A stretch of 64,000 nt of DNA from Escherichia phage MX01. Below the pieces are notes generated by a model that was given only the letters and a program-made list of their open reading frames with translations, did not search any database and was not told the DNA's origin. Below, in pieces: positions 19,247-27,807 of the stretch; within the stretch, counting starts at the first letter, position 1, and each line of letters opens with the position of its first letter. Both the position numbers and the translations under genes were made by a program. Where the stretch lies: the sequence record NC_031934.1. The stretch is one strand, 5' to 3'.

Positions 19247-19695
19247 TCTTTGTTCTCGAAGTGGATTACCGGACAGACCTTAGATTTACGAGCTTTGATA
19301 TATTGGATGACAACGTTTTCTTTAGTTTCTCGGCCTTCACGCTCAGCTTGAATACGTTGCCATTCCTTTTCTTCTCTACGGGCATCATACCATGCGTGTA
19401 AATTCATCGCACCGAATGCCAAACCAATGGATAGCGCAATAATAAGAGCTATTGCAACCAATCCTAAAACAAACCCTAGACTCAACAGAACAGGGGTACT
19501 TAATACAAAGAAATGCTCTAATACACCAACACCTGCAACAGTTAATCCAAAAAGCGTACTACCTGCAACAACAGCACAAGCAAAACAAGCCCAAACCATT
19601 TTCCAGAAGTAAGCACACAAAGAGTGTGGACGAGAATGGCGGTCATAAAATTTATCGTGGAAACGAGCATGCCAAGAGTTTGCATTGATAATCAT
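19243..19695 (-). CDS. hypothetical membrane protein
   Basis: 150 aa; two to three hydrophobic helices, charged C-terminal tail; stop overlaps NTase start. Confidence 0.45.
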   Translation of the reverse strand: MIINANSWHARFHDKFYDRHSRPHSLCAYFWKMVWACFACAVVAGSTLFGLTVAGVGVLEHFFVLSTPVLLSLGFVLGLVAIALIIALSIGLAFGAMNLHAWYDARREEKEWQRIQAEREGRETKENVVIQYIKARKSKVCPVIHFENKE

Positions 19696-19705
19696 AATAT
19701 TTTCC

Positions 19706-20266
19706 TTAAGAGTTCATAGTTGGGATAACAGAGTTCAGATAAGAGACTAAAACTTTTAGCTCGTCTTTAGTAAATACAACTTCACTTTCACCGTCATGTC
19801 TTTGGGTCAAGGATAGCAAATCACGGCCCTGGTGTTGATACACGGTTAATTCAGTATCATAATTCAGTTCTTCTTCATCACCTTCAAAGGTTTCACTAGA
19901 GCGAATTACAGCATCTTGACCCGGGACTTTCCATTCAACTTCCGGCTTGCATTCTTCCTGGAACAGTTTAAAAATACATTTAAAGAAATTATCGGGATTG
20001 CTAATGCTTAGGCATTCTGCATCCGTTTCCAAATTAAACCCAGCGCTGTGCTTATAAATGCGGGCGCATACATCATCGTTAATATCAAATACACCGCTAA
20101 AGCTACCACCAAGATAATCCTGTTTGTCCAAAACCTTTAAATCATAAAGCGGTTTAATATCAGCGATAGTCAGTACGATTTTATCGTCTTCTTGTGAAAG
20201 CTCAATTGCGTTATTAACTACTTCAGCGGACAGTTCGCCAAACAATTCAGTTGTTTCAATAATCAT
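19706..20266 (-). CDS. hypothetical acidic protein
   Basis: 186-aa ORF. Confidence 0.4.
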   Translation of the reverse strand: MIIETTELFGELSAEVVNNAIELSQEDDKIVLTIADIKPLYDLKVLDKQDYLGGSFSGVFDINDDVCARIYKHSAGFNLETDAECLSISNPDNFFKCIFKLFQEECKPEVEWKVPGQDAVIRSSETFEGDEEELNYDTELTVYQHQGRDLLSLTQRHDGESEVVFTKDELKVLVSYLNSVIPTMNS

Positions 20267-20276
20267 TTTCTATTCC

Positions 20277-20549
20277 TCAACGGTTATGTTTTAAAATACT
20301 ATAAAGCTCTTCGACTTGGTCTGCATTCAGACAAATCATATCATTTTCTTGTTGGAGCGTAATTCCACCTTTTTCTTCCCAATCTTTAACAAAGACATCA
20401 TCGTCAGATTCTTCAACATCTGCCAAAAGAACAATAATACCATCTTCAGAATTACCACTAGGGTCATATAACATTACAGTTTCCTCGCTAACCGTGAAAA
20501 GAATAAACCAATTAAAACAGGCCCTACAACCATTGTTAACCAAGCCCAA
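20277..20549 (-). CDS. hypothetical protein
   Basis: 90-aa ORF. Confidence 0.35.
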   Translation of the reverse strand: MGLVNNGCRACFNWFILFTVSEETVMLYDPSGNSEDGIIVLLADVEESDDDVFVKDWEEKGGITLQQENDMICLNADQVEELYSILKHNR

Positions 20550-20594
20550 GGTTCAAGATAGTAAATCATCTTCATGCTCCTATGCCACCAGCCA

Positions 20595-20777
20595 TTAGGC
20601 TTTCAATTCTTCTAAATAATCAACCAAAGCCTGTTTTGATTTAGCCAAATCTCGTTTACACCGTTCTATTCCGGAATATGAATAACCTTCACACATCTCA
20701 ACCGCAAGGTCGTTAGAATCTCTTTCAATTTCAATAGCCAATTTAAGAATTTTTGCACACTGTTCAGTAGTTAACAT
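20595..20777 (-). CDS. hypothetical protein
   Basis: 60-aa ORF. Confidence 0.3.
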   Translation of the reverse strand: MLTTEQCAKILKLAIEIERDSNDLAVEMCEGYSYSGIERCKRDLAKSKQALVDYLEELKA

Positions 20778-20781
20778 AATA

Positions 20782-21018
20782 TCACCAGTATTTGTTGATG
20801 GTAGAAATTAATTCTTGGGCCTGGGTGGTTTTCAGTTTACACCCACAGCCCTTTAATGTGTCTTTAAGGAGCCACGGTTCCTTGAGCTCGTCCTTTTCTA
20901 GACGAATTCTGTATCCTCGATAATCAGCGAAGATACTTCGGTCGTCGAATATCTTAATCTCAAGGATACGGTCATTTATTTCATATTCTAATGAAACCGT
21001 AGTACTTGTAAGTTTCAT
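20782..21018 (-). CDS. hypothetical protein
   Basis: 78-aa ORF with early promoter upstream. Confidence 0.4.
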   Translation of the reverse strand: MKLTSTTVSLEYEINDRILEIKIFDDRSIFADYRGYRIRLEKDELKEPWLLKDTLKGCGCKLKTTQAQELISTINKYW

Positions 21019-21046
21019 ACTGTTCTCCTCATTAGTTGATAGGTCT

Positions 21047-21075
21047 ATAGTATCATGTTCCTAGAGGATGTAAAC
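21047..21075 (-). promoter_or_regulatory. T4-type early promoter (GTTTAC, 17 bp, TACTAT)
   Basis: Minus-strand motif. Confidence 0.5.
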
Positions 21076-21084
21076 ACTAAAACG

Positions 21085-21113
21085 AAAAAAGGTCCCACCG
21101 AAGTGAGACCTTT
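21085..21113 (-). terminator. rho-independent terminator-like hairpin
   Basis: AGGTCCCAC-CGAA-GTGAGACCT stem with flanking A/T runs. Confidence 0.4.
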
Positions 21114-21115
21114 GA

Positions 21116-21499
21116 TTATTCTAACGTCAGCAAATACTTAGTCTGGTAAAAGACGCCAGTGATATCGTCCAAAGTCGACTGGATGGCCTTAGGAAGGGTG
21201 TCATAGATTTTATCAGATGCTTTAAGAAGCTCGTCAAGAAAATCTACAGGGTCCTTAGGCAAGTCTGAAGCAGACGGTAATGATGCTTTATATTCTTTGC
21301 CACTGAATCCAAGATATTGCTCACTAAATTGGTCCAGAGGTCCTTGAACTTCTACATAATAGAAGTCATACGCTTTGTGTCTTGCATAGCTTTTGGTTTC
21401 TAAATGGGCTGACTTAAAATAGGCTAAAGAAACCAGTAGCCAACCAATATAAGAATCCACTTCAGACCCTCGACCGGGTACGAAATCATTGAATTTCAT
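21116..21499 (-). CDS. hypothetical protein (T4 rI.-1 position)
   Basis: 127-aa ORF immediately downstream of rI. Confidence 0.35.
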   Translation of the reverse strand: MKFNDFVPGRGSEVDSYIGWLLVSLAYFKSAHLETKSYARHKAYDFYYVEVQGPLDQFSEQYLGFSGKEYKASLPSASDLPKDPVDFLDELLKASDKIYDTLPKAIQSTLDDITGVFYQTKYLLTLE

Positions 21500-21779
21500 C
21501 TTCTACCTTCATTAGTTTTACATAACGCTCTCCGATGGCCCGACCTTCAATTGAGCACGCTTCTATAGTCCGACAACTTGAAATCTTCCAGGAAGCCGTA
21601 ACATAGGCCCAATAGTCTTCGGAGGCCTTTACGCTGGGTCTACTCATTTGCGCATAAACAGGCATCGCACTACTAGCAAATGCATCCATCAATTTATCAT
21701 TGGTGTTATTTGCTAGTGAAACTGTAGGGCTTAAACATCCAGCCATAAGGATACAAGCCGCTGTACGGAAAATATCCAT
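21486..21779 (-). CDS. rI: lysis-inhibition regulator RI (antiholin)-like
   Basis: 97 aa; N-terminal signal-anchor-like segment; C-terminal C-x5-C...G...Y...M pattern resembling T4 RI; position next to tk. Confidence 0.5.
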   Translation of the reverse strand: MDIFRTAACILMAGCLSPTVSLANNTNDKLMDAFASSAMPVYAQMSRPSVKASEDYWAYVTASWKISSCRTIEACSIEGRAIGERYVKLMKVEDEIQ

Positions 21780-21871
21780 ACAAAAGTCCTTTGTTGTTTT
21801 ATACTATTTGCCTTTCGGCCTTAACCGATAGCGATTACCAAAAGCTAAAGCTCTACGGTTAGTATTATTAT

Positions 21872-22150
21872 TTATAGCTTTTTAAGCTTACGACAATAAG
21901 AATAGAACACGTCGTTAAAATTATATTCAACCCAATTCCTCTGTATAGGCGAGGTAATGGAAAGCATATAATGCGCTTTAATTAAATCCATCCCATTTTT
22001 ATTAGGACACTCTTTATTATTAGCATTATACGTCGCTGCTACAACCTCTATCTCTCTTTTGTAAGCCACATCATCCATGATAGGCGAAAGAACAATATAA
22101 GAAATAGCCACAGCGAACGCTAGAATTAAAATCTTTGAATTTAGGTCCAT
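21872..22150 (-). CDS. hypothetical protein with N-terminal signal/anchor
   Basis: 92-aa ORF. Confidence 0.35.
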   Translation of the reverse strand: MDLNSKILILAFAVAISYIVLSPIMDDVAYKREIEVVAATYNANNKECPNKNGMDLIKAHYMLSITSPIQRNWVEYNFNDVFYSYCRKLKKL

Positions 22151-22157
22151 AGCACCC

Positions 22158-22730
22158 TCAACTCGTTATTTCTATCCAGTGCTTCCTGCACAATGATACG
22201 TAAGAATCGTTGCCACCTATAGAAACTTGGGCTCCGTCCTTAATTGCGATACCATCTTGGACCCTAGCGGTCATAGTAGCTTTACGGCCACAATGGCACA
22301 CACCTTTGTACTCAACGAGTTTATCTGCTGTAGCGAGTAATTCAGCAGAGCCAGGAAACAGTTTACCCTGAAAATCAGTTCTTAGCCCATAGCACATAAC
22401 TGGAACATTATAATTGTCTACTATCTTTGCCAGTTGTTTTATCTGTGCAGGTTCTAAGAATTGCGCTTCATCCACAAACACACAGTGGATATCTTTTTGA
22501 GATTCAGCCCAACGATAGAACTCGTATAGGTCCATATCCGGAGTCACTGCATTAGCCTCTTGGCTAATCCCTATACGAGATGAAATGCTATGGCTTGATT
22601 CTCTATTGTCTATCACAGGCTTTAAAAGGAGTACGCCCATACCGCGTTCTTTGTAGTTATGAGCAGCCGTTAGCAATGAAGCAGTCTTCCCGGAATTCAT
22701 TGCCGCATAGTGAAAATAAAGTTGAGCCAT
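22158..22730 (-). CDS. tk: thymidine kinase
   Basis: 190 aa; Walker A AAMNSGKTASLL, VFVDEAQF, CHCGRKA zinc motif. Confidence 0.9.
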   Translation of the reverse strand: MAQLYFHYAAMNSGKTASLLTAAHNYKERGMGVLLLKPVIDNRESSHSISSRIGISQEANAVTPDMDLYEFYRWAESQKDIHCVFVDEAQFLEPAQIKQLAKIVDNYNVPVMCYGLRTDFQGKLFPGSAELLATADKLVEYKGVCHCGRKATMTARVQDGIAIKDGAQVSIGGNDSYVSLCRKHWIEITS

Positions 22731-22738
22731 ATTAAACC

Positions 22739-22924
22739 TTAAGCAATTAAGCTTTCTAAATAGTTATCTAAAGCATTATCAGCCTCAGTTAAGACCTTTA
22801 CCAATTCATAATATGTATCTGCATCGCCATATTCAGAATTAACTTCAAAACTGAGCTCTCTTTCGGCCTCCACAATATCACCGACTAAAGAGATAATTTT
22901 AAATTTCTGGTCATGAGTAATCAT
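22739..22924 (-). CDS. hypothetical small acidic protein
   Basis: 61-aa ORF. Confidence 0.35.
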   Translation of the reverse strand: MITHDQKFKIISLVGDIVEAERELSFEVNSEYGDADTYYELVKVLTEADNALDNYLESLIA

Positions 22925-22930
22925 ACTACC

Positions 22931-23125
22931 TCAGAGTGTATTTACATAAGCAATTAATTCATTTTCTTTTTTAGAAAACTCGTCTTCTTCGTCGCCGAGC
23001 CAGTCCCAGTCTAGAGAGTTATCAAATTCACATTCAGTATTCGCATCCAAAAGCTCATGGATAAGCTCAAACAATTTATCTTTCTGTTCTTTACTCAGAC
23101 TCATAACCATTGTACCTTTAAGCAA
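22931..23125 (-). CDS. hypothetical small acidic protein
   Basis: 64-aa ORF. Confidence 0.35.
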   Translation of the reverse strand: MLKGTMVMSLSKEQKDKLFELIHELLDANTECEFDNSLDWDWLGDEEDEFSKKENELIAYVNTL

Positions 23126-23313
23126 TATTCTTCTACGTGCTGTTTACGTTTATTTTTATCTATAAAAGTATATTCAACATATTCGCCAATATACCATTTA
23201 TCAGTGTTGTGTTGACTTTTTATAGGGCATTTAGTTACTCGGGTTTCGGCCCAGTGTCGAATAATTTCCGCTTTGTTTTTAGGGTCAAACGGATGTGGGT
23301 AATGGGCTTTCAT
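23101..23313 (-). CDS. hypothetical protein
   Basis: 70-aa ORF. Confidence 0.35.
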   Translation of the reverse strand: MKAHYPHPFDPKNKAEIIRHWAETRVTKCPIKSQHNTDKWYIGEYVEYTFIDKNKRKQHVEEYCLKVQWL

Positions 23314-23752
23314 AATCTACCACCACTAAATTAATATCAGGAGTAAACAAATTAATCAATTGGTAAACCTTGTCCCAATCACCACCAGCAATACCACAAC
23401 CGATGCGAGGAATATAAATTCTGGGTTTAAACAAAAGACCCTTTGCGGTACGGTTTAATTCTATCATACAGTTTACTAAAGCACCGTAATCAAGATTAGG
23501 GCCCGGTTCGTATTGGGTGTATAAATTATAGCAAATTTGGCCATTATTACCTGTGGCTTGAGTAAACGTGCCAAGTTTTTCCAAATTGCCTAAATAAGTG
23601 GTTTTATCGATAGCGAGAATAGGCGGATAAGCCTTGGCCAATTGTCCGGCTACACCTGAACCCATTGTGTGGAAACAGTTGCACCCGTGTGCCACATTAT
23701 TACCTTGAAGAAACAGGGCGACAATATCGCCCTTAATATAATCAATAATCAT
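23285..23752 (-). CDS. macro-domain protein (putative ADP-ribose binding/hydrolase)
   Basis: 155 aa; GDIVALFLQGNNVAHGCNCFHTMGSGVAGQLAKAYP and IPRIGCGIAGGDW resemble macro-domain glycine-rich loops. Confidence 0.5.
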   Translation of the reverse strand: MIIDYIKGDIVALFLQGNNVAHGCNCFHTMGSGVAGQLAKAYPPILAIDKTTYLGNLEKLGTFTQATGNNGQICYNLYTQYEPGPNLDYGALVNCMIELNRTAKGLLFKPRIYIPRIGCGIAGGDWDKVYQLINLFTPDINLVVVDYESPLPTSV

Positions 23753-24105
23753 TTAGAGTTTAATCCTCGGTTGTATGAGTCAACGAGTCTGTCTACCATA
23801 GACGCGCACATTTCTTTGTACTTTTTATCAGATGGAATACATTCAGTAACGTTTAGACGTTGCTCGTATCTTTTAGAAAGAGTTTTCTCTTTCATTCGGC
23901 GATGCTCTACGTCATTCTGCCCATCTTTAAAAGCAGCTGTGATTTTTGAACTGAATTCGATAACGCATTCAGTATTACTTGGATGACAATAATCTTTTGC
24001 TGTACGGGTAGCATACTCTACAATTGAATTATTGCTATCATCAACTTGTGACGCTAATACTCCCGGAGCGATCAACATAAGCGCTATAGTCATCTGCTTA
24101 ATCAT
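23749..24105 (-). CDS. hypothetical secreted protein
   Basis: 118 aa with N-terminal signal peptide. Confidence 0.4.
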   Translation of the reverse strand: MIKQMTIALMLIAPGVLASQVDDSNNSIVEYATRTAKDYCHPSNTECVIEFSSKITAAFKDGQNDVEHRRMKEKTLSKRYEQRLNVTECIPSDKKYKEMCASMVDRLVDSYNRGLNSK

Positions 24106-24645
24106 TTAATATACCGCCTCAAACATCTTTTTAGATTTTAGGTAATTGGCCTTTTCTAGAACTTCAGAAGCATATTTACTGCCTGCTTTGACGTTCCAGC
24201 CCGCATTATAAGAAGCAATCGCTTTTCTCAGGTCACCTTTGTGAACATCAATCCAATAAGACAGCTCAATGTAGGCCCAAGAGGCACTGTTCTGTCGTTT
24301 TTGGACCATACGAATTATTTCTTTATCAGACATCTTCCAACCTACCTGTTGAACACGACTTCTTAACGTAGGCAAGTAATTTTGGAACATGCCATAAGCA
24401 TGGTGCTTATCTTTATTTAAACCTTGATTAATTCCGGCGGATGATTCCTGCCATAGTAATCCTGCCATGATATATCCTAATCCTTTTTGATTAGGGTTTT
24501 CTTTGAACTTTCCCGACTTTTGGTATTGTTCACCGAAAGCATATGCATAATGCAAATTGTCGAGTTGCTCACTGTTGAAAGTAGGCTCTACGCTATAGGC
24601 AGACATACTAACTGTCAATAGTAAAGTGGCTAATACTTTTTTCAT
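24106..24645 (-). CDS. secreted lytic transglycosylase-like (SLT domain) protein
   Basis: Signal peptide; WQESS...GMFQ...ASYNAGWN match SLT E-S / GLMQ / AYNAG motifs. Confidence 0.5.
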   Translation of the reverse strand: MKKVLATLLLTVSMSAYSVEPTFNSEQLDNLHYAYAFGEQYQKSGKFKENPNQKGLGYIMAGLLWQESSAGINQGLNKDKHHAYGMFQNYLPTLRSRVQQVGWKMSDKEIIRMVQKRQNSASWAYIELSYWIDVHKGDLRKAIASYNAGWNVKAGSKYASEVLEKANYLKSKKMFEAVY

Positions 24646-24657
24646 GAGACCTCATTA

Positions 24658-25116
24658 TTAAAGATAGATTACTTTCGTGCTGGTTTTACCTTCTAAACGT
24701 TTAGAGTTAACAAATGCCATACGACATTTTAACGAGTATCCTTTATCAGGATGTTTACGGTCTACAGTCATACCTAGCCATAAGGTTTTATCGGTAATTT
24801 CGAGACGCAATGGGCGATACACTTTACCAGGGACAATTTCGGATTCTACATCAGGCAGAGGTTCCTGGATTAAGAACTCATGGATTTCTTTAACATGGTT
24901 ATGGAGTTGCTTGAATAAAGCAAAAACGTATTTTTCGTCGATTTCACGTTGGATAGCACGGTCCAACAAATGATTAGAGTACTTAATAAAGAAGGCTGGG
25001 ACTCCGCTCTTAACGGCGGCTTTTTTGATGGACGTGTTCAGTTCACGGAATTCGGTTTCGAACTGACGACGTAATTTATTGCGGCGGATGAATACTTCTG
25101 AATTAATTTCTGTCAT
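24658..25116 (-). CDS. regB: RegB site-specific endoribonuclease
   Basis: 152 aa; EVFIRRNKLRR...HLLDRAIQREIDE...LWLG collinear with T4 RegB. Confidence 0.8.
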   Translation of the reverse strand: MTEINSEVFIRRNKLRRQFETEFRELNTSIKKAAVKSGVPAFFIKYSNHLLDRAIQREIDEKYVFALFKQLHNHVKEIHEFLIQEPLPDVESEIVPGKVYRPLRLEITDKTLWLGMTVDRKHPDKGYSLKCRMAFVNSKRLEGKTSTKVIYL

Positions 25117-25144
25117 TTTGTAATCTCCTGTAGTTGATAGGTCT

Positions 25145-25173
25145 ATAGTATCACGTCTACAGGAGATGTAAAC
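25145..25173 (-). promoter_or_regulatory. T4-type early promoter (GTTTAC, 17 bp, TACTAT)
   Basis: Minus-strand motif upstream of regB. Confidence 0.5.
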
Positions 25174-25177
25174 TGCT

Positions 25178-25456
25178 TTAGTACTTTTCTTCCGGTTGGA
25201 ACACAGAACGACACGCCCACATGCTTGCTTCTTTCAAGCGTTCGATTGCCGTACGAATCTGGGTGATGCGTTCATGAGCCTGGTCTAGTTCTTGTTCAGA
25301 AACCTCTTCGGTGTCTAAACCCATATAATGGTTGACATGCTCTTCTTCCAGAGCTTTAAACATTAACCCAAGACGAACTTCAGCATCTTTGATAGCATTC
25401 ACTTTACCGATTTTATCGTCGGTATGCGGTTTATAACCCTTGATATCTTCAATCAT
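25178..25456 (-). CDS. hypothetical protein
   Basis: 92-aa ORF. Confidence 0.4.
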   Translation of the reverse strand: MIEDIKGYKPHTDDKIGKVNAIKDAEVRLGLMFKALEEEHVNHYMGLDTEEVSEQELDQAHERITQIRTAIERLKEASMWACRSVFQPEEKY

Positions 25457-25671
25457 TTCACTTCCTCATCAGATGCAATATCATATTCAACTAAATGAAT
25501 CCCATCATATCCACCACGAACAGAGATATATGTGCTAGGATAAACGGTTTCTTTACCATTCCATTGGCCGCCGTCCCAGACTTCCAGAAAGTCTTGTTCG
25601 CCCTGTTCATGGAACCAATCAACAAACATCTTCAGAGCTTCATCAGAACCTTCAATAGTCAATTTAGACAT
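25453..25671 (-). CDS. hypothetical protein
   Basis: 72-aa ORF. Confidence 0.35.
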   Translation of the reverse strand: MSKLTIEGSDEALKMFVDWFHEQGEQDFLEVWDGGQWNGKETVYPSTYISVRGGYDGIHLVEYDIASDEEVK

Positions 25672-26008
25672 ATTTTTTCCAGCCAGAAATCATATGAATC
25701 TCTTGGTTATAAGTTAAGAGACTGCGAGTAATAATACCCTTACAAGGCCCTGAGATGAACTCGAGAGTGAAGTAAGGAACCTGTTTCATTAATCGGATAC
25801 TAGGAGCATGACATCTAAAACGAGAGCCCTTAAAGGGCCCTGTCATGAATACATATTCCAATGGGTAGAAATAAGCATATTCGAAATTTGCAGTAAGGTC
25901 CTCTCTTCGAACCTTACGTGAGAAATAACAGAACTCAAAAAGTTCTTCATCAGTCATCATTGCATTCCTATCACAAAGAACAGAGGCAAAGGCTTGTCGC
26001 CTTGGCAC
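25664..26008 (-). CDS. hypothetical protein
   Basis: 114-aa ORF. Confidence 0.35.
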   Translation of the reverse strand: MPRRQAFASVLCDRNAMMTDEELFEFCYFSRKVRREDLTANFEYAYFYPLEYVFMTGPFKGSRFRCHAPSIRLMKQVPYFTLEFISGPCKGIITRSLLTYNQEIHMISGWKKYV

Positions 26009-26484
26009 ATAAATTTATTAATCATTATCTGGTAAGCTTCGTAGAACTTATCCATCGCTGGAAGGCGCATTGGCTCTTCGATAATAATCAATAATCGAGT
26101 AACAGATAGTCCACGATACTTATGGAAATTGTCTTCATCAAGGAAACTGCGCACAGTATCATAGACAACAAAACCAGGACCTTCGACTTGGAGATGTGGG
26201 TGTGCCTTAGAAACCTGTTTTATTACATTACAAATTTCTCGCGAGCGATGCGAAGAACTCGACATAACAATCACATCATTACCCTTGGAAACCCAATCAG
26301 CGGCGAACTGAGCAAGGGCACTTGTTTTACCTGTTTGGCGTCCGCCATCAAGTCGAAGAGTACCAAACTCTTGCATTCTTGAAGCAGGTTCATACCATGT
26401 GTATTGGTCTGAGTCTAAACGTTCAATGGCGCGTTCAGCGAAGGCGTGCATTAAGGTTAGATAAATGGGAGTTAAAAATTTCAT
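25957..26484 (-). CDS. hypothetical P-loop NTPase-like protein
   Basis: 175 aa; GGRQTGKTS Walker A-like, LLIIIEEP Walker B-like. Confidence 0.4.
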   Translation of the reverse strand: MKFLTPIYLTLMHAFAERAIERLDSDQYTWYEPASRMQEFGTLRLDGGRQTGKTSALAQFAADWVSKGNDVIVMSSSSHRSREICNVIKQVSKAHPHLQVEGPGFVVYDTVRSFLDEDNFHKYRGLSVTRLLIIIEEPMRLPAMDKFYEAYQIMINKFMCQGDKPLPLFFVIGMQ

Positions 26485-26644
26485 AGTAGTCTCTTAGTGG
26501 TGGGGCCGTTCCTTGGCACATAATTCGTCCATGTATCCGTATGTAAACCCTTTACCGCACTTGGGCTCGACCTTATTACAGGTAGGGAAAGGTCCATCAC
26601 TCAGAGGACGCGACGTTCATGAGGAGAGGGCCGGCTTGCCTTTA

Positions 26645-26944
26645 TTAGAAAGAACCAGAACCTCTAATTGTGTTCTGGCGACCTTTATTTTCTAATTCAT
26701 AGTCGTCGATTTCGTAGGCTTGTGCTACACCAAAAGCCTTTTTAACTTTAGCTAAAGAGCCTTTAGACGTAACAATATTAAAAGTATTACCTTTGGTAAA
26801 ATCAACCAAATCCACTTGTACACCCTGTTTACCGAGGCTTGCTACAATAGCATCAACATATTCCTGGTCTAAATTGCCTTGAACTCCAATTTGAAATACT
26901 TTAGGAGCTTTGGCTTCTGTAATAAATTCTTGGTAAGTTTTCAT
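26645..26944 (-). CDS. internal-protein-like capsid protein with N-terminal capsid targeting sequence
   Basis: Starts MKTYQEFITEA; paralog of ORF 39388..39696. Confidence 0.55.
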   Translation of the reverse strand: MKTYQEFITEAKAPKVFQIGVQGNLDQEYVDAIVASLGKQGVQVDLVDFTKGNTFNIVTSKGSLAKVKKAFGVAQAYEIDDYELENKGRQNTIRGSGSF

Positions 26945-26986
26945 ATTATTCCTTAAGTTGATAGAAGTATTCTATCACGGATTTAA

Positions 26987-27403
26987 TTAAGCGTAAATCG
27001 CCTTACCATAATGTTTGTACCAGGTAGGGCGCTGTGCAATTTTTTCGTCCAAACGGGCCTGTGAAATGGCGATAGAAGCTTCGTGAGGAACATAGTCACC
27101 ACGGAATTCCTGAGGAATATCACTAATGTCCCGGACCGTAGTGTCCTTGATATTAAAACCACGTTTTAAACATTCGGCTATAAGCTCGATTTGACGTTTA
27201 CGTAAAAATTCAAGCTTATCGTAAAAGAATGTAACATGACCTGTACCAAGGATAAAAGTAGGACTGATTTTGAAATCACGGACACGTTTACCATTAGCAA
27301 CATGCTTACGAACTGCACCGAAAACACGTGGTAATTCACGGTACTCAGCCATTAAGTGTTGGTCAGCCAATTCAGATACTAAGGTAAGGTTGATACGAGT
27401 CAT
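26987..27403 (-). CDS. denV: endonuclease V (pyrimidine-dimer DNA glycosylase) DenV
   Basis: 138 aa; [29 protein letters not shown]... very close to T4 DenV as recalled. Confidence 0.9.
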   Translation of the reverse strand: MTRINLTLVSELADQHLMAEYRELPRVFGAVRKHVANGKRVRDFKISPTFILGTGHVTFFYDKLEFLRKRQIELIAECLKRGFNIKDTTVRDISDIPQEFRGDYVPHEASIAISQARLDEKIAQRPTWYKHYGKAIYA

Positions 27404-27432
27404 TTTAGTGTTCTCCGTGTTTGTATGAGAAC

Positions 27433-27461
27433 ACTATATCACAGCTGTTGTAAAAGTAAAC
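27433..27461 (-). promoter_or_regulatory. T4-type early promoter (GTTTAC, 17 bp, TATAGT)
   Basis: Minus-strand motif upstream of denV. Confidence 0.5.
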
Positions 27462-27463
27462 TG

Positions 27464-27766
27464 TTATTTAGCTTTAATTGCTTTAGCTGCTTCGGTAGCC
27501 GCTTGCTGAAGGTCATCCATAGACATACCGAACTTAGAAGCAAAGTTATCAATTTTCTTTTCGACAGAATTCAAAGGCTTGGCCTGTTTACCTTCATTAG
27601 CGCCAGGGAGAGCGAGAATACGCTCTTTGTCAATATAAAGGCTTACAAGTTTCTTACGGTCTTTATCTGGCAAATCATGAAATGAATGGGCCTTTTTATT
27701 TACGGCGGCTTCTAATTTACCCGCACTTACTCGCGCTTCGGTGATAAATTCTTGATAGGTTTTCAT
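27464..27766 (-). CDS. ipII: internal protein II-like (CTS-bearing)
   Basis: 100 aa; MKTYQEFITEA start; position between e and denV. Confidence 0.6.
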   Translation of the reverse strand: MKTYQEFITEARVSAGKLEAAVNKKAHSFHDLPDKDRKKLVSLYIDKERILALPGANEGKQAKPLNSVEKKIDNFASKFGMSMDDLQQAATEAAKAIKAK

Positions 27767-27807
27767 ATGGGTCCTTTAAATGTAAATAAGCCTAAGTATA
27801 GGCTTTA

